In this document: piece by piece, positions 63,543 through 64,000 of the stretch | How positions within the stretch are numbered: the stretch's first letter is position 1 | Layout of the letters: the number at the start of each line of letters is the position of its first letter | IMG/VR virus record: IMGVR_UViG_3300010413_000018 | Span: 1 to 64,000 of that record | Length of the DNA: 64,000 bases | DNA from: a virus | Direction: 5' to 3' (one strand) | Translations under genes and position numbers: made by a program | Notes under the pieces: model-generated | What the model saw: the letters and a program-made list of their open reading frames with translations, nothing else | Database searches by the model: none | Told to the model about the DNA's origin: nothing

Positions 63543-63840
63543 CGGCCGACCTCGTTTCGACTTCTTCCCGTACTTTAATCGCTTCTTTTTGCGTTTTAGT
63601 GATTTCTTTAGCGATCTGTTTGTCTTTTTCTTCGGCGTGCTTTTCTTTTTCTTGAATTACTTTTCGCTTGGTTTCAAGTTTCGCAATCTTACCGATGGCG
63701 TGCTCGACTTTTACCGCATCTTTTAGCTTACCGACTTTGCGTTCGTAAGCGCCCCACGCTAGCCAACCGACAACCATTGCGCTTAGTGCTCCCAGCAATA
63801 CTTGCCAGTGCTCAGTGATCCATTTCCACGCTTTTTTCAT
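63505..63840 (-). CDS. N-terminal TM + coiled-coil protein (i-spanin-like)
   Basis: Type II membrane topology. Confidence 0.55.
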   Translation of the reverse strand: MKKAWKWITEHWQVLLGALSAMVVGWLAWGAYERKVGKLKDAVKVEHAIGKIAKLETKRKVIQEKEKHAEEKDKQIAKEITKTQKEAIKVREEVETRSADEIAARFNQLYR

Positions 63841-63845
63841 GGCGG

Positions 63846-64000
63846 TTACTTCTTCGCTGGAGGTTCAGATTGATTAAACTCCAGCTCTATACCGCGCCGT
63901 TTGGCTATGCCTTTGATAATGGCAAATGCCCACGTTGAAATGATACCGGCTAACAGAAAATACAAGCACTTCGCGCTAGACGTATCGACGCCAGGCGAGG
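63846..64000 (-). CDS. Partial membrane protein (holin-like), 3' end only
   Basis: ...KCLYFLLAGIISTWAFAIIKGIAKRRGIELEFNQSEPPAKK*. Confidence 0.4.
   Translation of the reverse strand, partial: SPGVDTSSAKCLYFLLAGIISTWAFAIIKGIAKRRGIELEFNQSEPPAKK

Noticed and set aside
1-64000. tRNA or rRNA genes
   Set aside because: No cloverleaf or rRNA-like segment recognised by eye; a tRNA scan would be needed to exclude them

Overview
This 64 kb window is part of a large dsDNA bacteriophage genome. An SspB homologue of the type I associate with myxobacteria hints at a Myxococcota/deltaproteobacterial host (inference). Left end: a partial HTH plus coiled-coil gene (terminase small subunit-like, absent from the ORF track) next to a repeat-rich non-coding region. 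Inside that region is the most striking element, a cassette bounded by 26-bp direct repeats. It holds an accessory gene, a stand-alone Cas7/RAMP-like gene and, starting at the RAMP stop codon, a ~600-bp array of 11 units built from AGY-NN pentamers and separated by CAGG. It is a candidate non-CRISPR RNA-guided system with a gapped dinucleotide code. From 4 to 28 kb lies an early/accessory region with about 39 paralogous small zinc-finger genes (CxxC..CxxC..AYxL), punctuated by a repeated TTGCAA-N13-TTGCA promoter module. From 28 to 62 kb are nucleotide metabolism, recombination and replication genes: dUTPase, N6A methylase, SpeD, SbcC/D, ThyX, RecA, SSB, dCMP deaminase, UDG-PolA fusion, primase, intein-containing helicase, SF2 helicase, sigma factor, MoxR/vWA module and resolvase. 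The right end has membrane, lysis-like genes. All calls come from motifs recognised by eye; no searches were run.
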